In this document: positions 61,839 through 64,000 of the stretch, one piece after another
Position numbering within the stretch: the first letter of the stretch is position 1
Layout: every line of letters begins with the position of its first letter
DNA from: Patescibacteria group bacterium
Lineage (GTDB): Bacteria > Patescibacteriota > Patescibacteriia > UBA9570 > JAHJKD01
Length of the DNA stretch: 64,000 nucleotides
Reading direction: 5' to 3'
Assembly (NCBI GenBank): GCA_041660885.1
Contig: JBAZVM010000001.1
Span: 38,698 to 102,697 of the forward strand
Position numbers and translations under genes: made by a program
The notes under the pieces: generated by a model
Database searches by the model: none
Told to the model about the DNA's origin: nothing
The model's input: only the letters and a program-made list of their open reading frames with translations

Positions 61839-63441
61839 CTCTTAAGCCGGAGAATCGGCCGAATATCAGATTTAAAATTATAGTAATTATAATTAGTTCC
61901 GGATATGCCAAAATTATTGTTTTAAAAGCTTCCCAAGATACTATTAAATAACTGATGATGGAAAGAATAAGCGTCTCTAAAGTCAGCCAAATGGCTTCTT
62001 TGTTTCCTTTTTCTATTTGCACTTCAATGAATTTTTCTGTAAGGATTATCATCATGAGAATGGGGAATATGGAAATAGAAAGCAAGCCGGTTTTATCCAA
62101 ATATCCGCCGGCTACGAACATACCGAAAATCGTTAGCGATACCAATGTTAATACGATAGCCATGCGGGGCATGTAAAGCAGCTTTAATTTACGCGCGATC
62201 AAACGAGCCAAGGTACCCGCGATCAGTAGTATAAAAAATATAAATAAGCCCCAACGCAGATTAATTTCTAAAAAAGTCAGGGCAATGATAGAGGGCACAT
62301 AAATGCCAAATGCTTTTACGCCGATCACTTGGCGAGCGAAAGAAATTATAGTGGCAATCACCGGTAAAACCAAAATTAGAAATATGGTATTTTGAGATAC
62401 GCCCTTGTTAATCAAAAAACTAATCAAATAAGACATGAAATTGAGAGGAGTAATATTTTCCAAAGAACGCTGGCTGTGCGAGCTGATTATCTGGTACGCT
62501 AAGCCATTCTTATGCAAGGCGGGAAGAATTTTATCTATATCGGGATTGTCAATTACGGTTTTTAACACGGAAGGTTCAGTTAATAATATGTAGCGCGGTT
62601 TTAAAACATTATAAGTGCTTTGGGCGATTCGGCTGGTGCCTGTTTTTTGGTCGGACACATTAATAACCACTTTTTGATTCCAACTGGCATCGGAAAAAGC
62701 ATCCGGCGTGCCGGAAGTTTCTTGGTCGTCGGTGGTGGCTTTGGTAATGCGCGCCATTTCCGTGAGAGCGCTCAAGCCGATATTGTTTTCCGTCCACAGT
62801 AAAATCAAATTGGATTGTTTGAAATCATCGGGCGAGGCTAGAAGCTGCTGAGCTAATTTTTCCGCGGTAATATAATCGGCGCTTTGTTTTTTCTTGTTCT
62901 TGACGTTAACCAGCAAAACCCCATGTTGGTGTGCGTAATCCGTTAAATCTTTTATTTCCTTGGGTGATATGCTGTCGTCGGTTATCAATAGTACAACTTG
63001 TTCTTCCACGGAAACAATCATGAAATCTTCGCTTATATTTTCGCCGTCGTTAACCGTAAGAGTCACTACGAATTGGCCGGCTCTATCGTATATATGCGTG
63101 GCTTCCTGGCTGGTATAGCTGGTGCCGTCGCCAAAGTCCCAAGCGTAGGTGGCTTGCTTGTCCGTGGGAACGGTGGAGCTGGATGCGTCGAAAGTAATGG
63201 TGCGTCCGATCGCCACGTTTTTATTTTCTCCGGCTTCCGCTCTTAATATAACCGTTTCAATAATTTCCGGAGCGATTGGAGTATTAGTGTTTGTGTTAGT
63301 GGTTTCTTGCGCCAAGCTGAAACGAGCAGCGAGCATGAAGGCTGCTAGACTTAAAAAAAACAGAATTTTATTTTGCATATAAAGGTGAATTAATATTTTG
63401 CAGGCAGGATAAGGCAATGGCCAAAGCATCGGCCGTGTCAT
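61780..63441 (-). CDS. Secreted PKD-domain protein fused to a C-terminal polytopic 7-TM domain (7TM_transglut-like)
   Basis: Likely start at 63378 (MQNKILFFLSLAAFMLAARFSLAQ signal). PKD-like ITFDASSS...YAWDFGDGTSYTSQEATHIYDRAGQFVVTLTVND. About 190 aa of unknown fold follow. Then about 7 hydrophobic helices ending in RFSGLRVVEYFRFRKLF. Confidence 0.6.
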   Translation of the reverse strand: MTRPMLWPLPYPACKILIHLYMQNKILFFLSLAAFMLAARFSLAQETTNTNTNTPIAPEIIETVILRAEAGENKNVAIGRTITFDASSSTVPTDKQATYAWDFGDGTSYTSQEATHIYDRAGQFVVTLTVNDGENISEDFMIVSVEEQVVLLITDDSISPKEIKDLTDYAHQHGVLLVNVKNKKKQSADYITAEKLAQQLLASPDDFKQSNLILLWTENNIGLSALTEMARITKATTDDQETSGTPDAFSDASWNQKVVINVSDQKTGTSRIAQSTYNVLKPRYILLTEPSVLKTVIDNPDIDKILPALHKNGLAYQIISSHSQRSLENITPLNFMSYLISFLINKGVSQNTIFLILVLPVIATIISFARQVIGVKAFGIYVPSIIALTFLEINLRWGLFIFFILLIAGTLARLIARKLKLLYMPRMAIVLTLVSLTIFGMFVAGGYLDKTGLLSISIFPILMMIILTEKFIEVQIEKGNKEAIWLTLETLILSIISYLIVSWEAFKTIILAYPELIIITIILNLIFGRFSGLRVVEYFRFRKLFKNAPPATK

Positions 63442-63868
63442 CTTGTTTTACGGGTTTTTTCATGTTCAACAGCAGGGAAACCATATATTGAATTTGTTTT
63501 TTATCAGCTTGGCCGTAACCGGTTAGCGATTGTTTCACTTGTAATGGAGTAAACTCCAATAAAGGAAGCTTGTGGTGTTTTATGGCGAGCAGAATTACCC
63601 CTCTGGCTTGGCCCACGGCCAGAGCGGTTTTTACATTCTTGCAAAAGAACAATTCTTCACAGGCGGCTGCTTCCGGCTTATATTTTTTTATAATCTTGTT
63701 TAATTCTTTATAGATTTTTTCCAATCTTGAAGCGAAGTCTTCCCCGGCTTTTGTGCTGATGATTCCGTAATTTATCGGTTGGATGCAATTGCCATCTTTT
63801 TTTATCACAGCAAAACCGGTTGTGGCCAAACCGGGATCGATGCCCAGCACTGTTTTATAAATCCGCAT
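63368..63868 (-). CDS. ruvC: Crossover junction endodeoxyribonuclease RuvC
   Basis: VLGIDPGLATTGFAVI (catalytic Asp), EELFF, and DTADALAIAL. Confidence 0.9.
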   Translation of the reverse strand: MRIYKTVLGIDPGLATTGFAVIKKDGNCIQPINYGIISTKAGEDFASRLEKIYKELNKIIKKYKPEAAACEELFFCKNVKTALAVGQARGVILLAIKHHKLPLLEFTPLQVKQSLTGYGQADKKQIQYMVSLLLNMKKPVKQDDTADALAIALSCLQNINSPLYAK

Positions 63869-64000
63869 TTGTATACGTTTCGTTTACGTCGTCATTTTCT
63901 TCCAGTTCTGTAAGCAGTTTATTTAATTTTTCCGCGATTTCCGAGGAAACGTCCAGGCGATTCTCCGGAACCATTTCCATGGAGCTATAATCTAAATTAT
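63855..64000 (-). CDS. yebC: YebC/PmpR family DNA-binding regulator, C-terminal end (gene starts beyond the right edge)
   Basis: Open at the window edge. My reverse translation is ...NLDYSSMEMVPENRLDVSSEIAEKLNKLLTELEENDDVNETYTNADL-stop (LEDxDDVQxVY-type YebC tail). It overlaps the ruvC start, and yebC-ruvC is the usual pairing. Confidence 0.7.
   Translation of the reverse strand, partial: NLDYSSMEMVPENRLDVSSEIAEKLNKLLTELEENDDVNETYTNADL

Noticed and set aside
1-64000. CRISPR arrays, rRNA genes, transposases, integrases, phage genes
   Set aside because: I looked for regularly spaced short direct repeats and for recombinase- or structural-protein-like ORFs and found none. The palindromic repeats that do occur are isolated, not arrayed.

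Overview
Low-GC bacterial chromosome segment, tightly packed (hand counts of sample lines give about 33-40% G+C). It spans the replication-origin neighbourhood: rpmH-rnpA-yidD-yidC divergent from dnaA-dnaN-DUF721. Housekeeping genes make up most of the window: nusA (partial), gdh, an aminotransferase, trxB-trxA, infB-rbfA-DHH phosphoesterase-clpP, rny, ymdB, hup, rpsF-ssb-rpsR, pyk, ppsA, pilT, tsaE, a class A PBP, a ROK kinase, tyrS, ruvC and yebC (partial). There are six tRNA genes in two clusters and a TPP riboswitch in front of a thiamine ABC importer. I found no rRNA, CRISPR array, transposase or integrase. The gene content (small housekeeping genes, cofactor scavenging, PilT, several giant secreted repeat proteins) looks like an uncultivated small-genome bacterium of the Patescibacteria/CPR type, but this is inference only. 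Things worth a second look: (1) A minus-strand cassette at 59.9-63.4 kb encodes a secreted PKD + polytopic 7-TM protein, a RimK-type ATP-grasp ligase fused to a retropepsin-like DTG (DUF785) domain, and a second free-standing DUF785. To my knowledge this conserved triad has no known biochemistry. (2) Three giant secreted proteins (a 7-blade FG-GAP propeller; about 15 NHL-like blades plus an M14 carboxypeptidase; a parallel beta-helix plus Ig-like domains) share a C-terminal module of about 155-170 aa. (3) A roughly 1.1-kb island of about 60% G+C lies inside AT-rich DNA. It encodes a signal-peptide beta-barrel OMP-like protein and an XRE regulator, and sits next to a relic of a duplicated hydrolase gene. 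(4) Two families of repeated palindromic elements occur. One is a ~90-nt double hairpin bracketing a secreted-protein gene. The other is an identical 34-nt element whose perfect 20-bp palindrome is centred on a start codon. (5) An alpha-glucan cluster holds a GalT-like enzyme, two tandem glgA paralogs with near-identical 3' tracts, and a GT4. All functional calls rest on reading the translated ORFs by eye; no searches were run.
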